From a bacterium (GTDB taxonomy: Bacteria; Patescibacteriota; Microgenomatia; UBA1400; PJMF01), in contig JAFRKQ010000018.1 of the NCBI GenBank assembly GCA_017431625.1, positions 1 through 55,663 of the forward strand: DNA of 55,663 nt, given 5' to 3'. Below are positions 55,374-55,663 of this stretch, in pieces; the first letter of the stretch is position 1, and each line of letters opens with the position of its first letter. Under the pieces are notes generated by a model. That model did not search any database. It was not told where the DNA came from and saw only the letters and a program-made list of their open reading frames with translations. The translations under genes and the position numbers were made by a program.

Positions 55374-55434
55374 ATTGTGAGTCATTTGTGAGTACAATGT
55401 ACTCACAATTTTTTTGTACGCCTCTTGTACACCC
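55374..55434. repeat. REP/BIME-like cluster
   Basis: ATTGTGAGTCA, then TTTGTGAGTACAATGTACTCACAA, then TTTTTTTGTACGCCTCTTGTACACCC. Confidence 0.85.
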
Positions 55435-55443
55435 AAAGTTAAA

Positions 55444-55663
55444 TTAAACTGATTCGTCCTCCAGTGCGGATTCCGAGCGAAAGTTTTCAAAGCCGTAGTC
55501 CAGCAGGGCAGTGGCCGTGTCGAACCAGGTGGGGCAGTTCAATACAGCGCCGATCAGCGACAGGCCGTCCCGCTCGGCGCTGAACACCAGGCACCGCCCG
55601 GCCTTGCCGGTGTAGCCCGTCTTGCCGCCCGTGGCGCCCTCGTAGGTCTTCAACAGCTTGTTC
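55444..55663 (-). CDS. D-alanyl-D-alanine carboxypeptidase (S11, PBP5/DacB-like), 3' part only; the gene runs off the window
   Basis: NKLLKTYEGATGGKTGYTGKAGRCLV contains the KTG box. About 64% G+C by hand count over 55451-55663, unlike the rest of the window. Confidence 0.8.
   Translation of the reverse strand, partial: NKLLKTYEGATGGKTGYTGKAGRCLVFSAERDGLSLIGAVLNCPTWFDTATALLDYGFENFRSESALEDESV

Noticed and set aside
22151-55408. Type A palindrome (contains AGTAC-N3-GTACT) as a LexA/SOS box.
   Set aside because: Most copies abut stop codons or lie between convergent genes, the family is too numerous, and no wHTH LexA is present in the window. Only the 39655-39733 pair is in a promoter region, so the REP-like reading is preferred.

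Overview
The window looks like the replication-origin neighbourhood of a small, AT-leaning bacterial chromosome. Housekeeping genes are valS, bL25, dnaN, rpmH, yidD, dnaA, radA, rho, obg, comEA, a split comEC and an M16 peptidase. Among them sit dispersed Gram-positive-type type IV secretion parts: a PrgI/VirB3-like protein, VirB4 and a soluble VirD4/TraD-like ATPase. There are also large N-terminally anchored surface proteins, an orphan sortase, three polytopic glycan-assembly-type membrane proteins, a VanW protein, a class III Fic protein and a dinJ-like/umuD/umuC module. The gene content and the low-complexity extensions on many proteins suggest a Patescibacteria/CPR, possibly Saccharibacteria-like, genome. 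That assignment is inference only. I found no rRNA, tRNA, CRISPR array, transposase or integrase. The most unusual material is non-coding. (1) A family of about 20 REP/BIME-like palindromes (TGTGAGTACAATGTACTCACA and relatives), seen only after 22 kb. (2) 11-bp-phased TGCGnnAAT iteron arrays. They lie inside 92-bp direct repeats bracketing the Fic module, inside about 55-bp direct repeats bracketing a small promoter-ORF-terminator module at 29.6-30.5 kb, and in unusually long AT-rich spacers around 47-51 kb. (3) A TTGTTAAAC-N4-GTTTAACAA operator at three promoters. (4) A DnaA-box cluster (oriC) with two parS-like sites 5 kb away. (5) A recurring extended -10 followed 6-9 nt later by ATG, implying leaderless mRNAs at about a dozen genes. 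The last 220 nt switch abruptly to about 64% G+C and carry the 3' end of a D-Ala-D-Ala carboxypeptidase gene, so this is either foreign DNA or an assembly join. All family calls rest on motifs read by eye; no searches were run.
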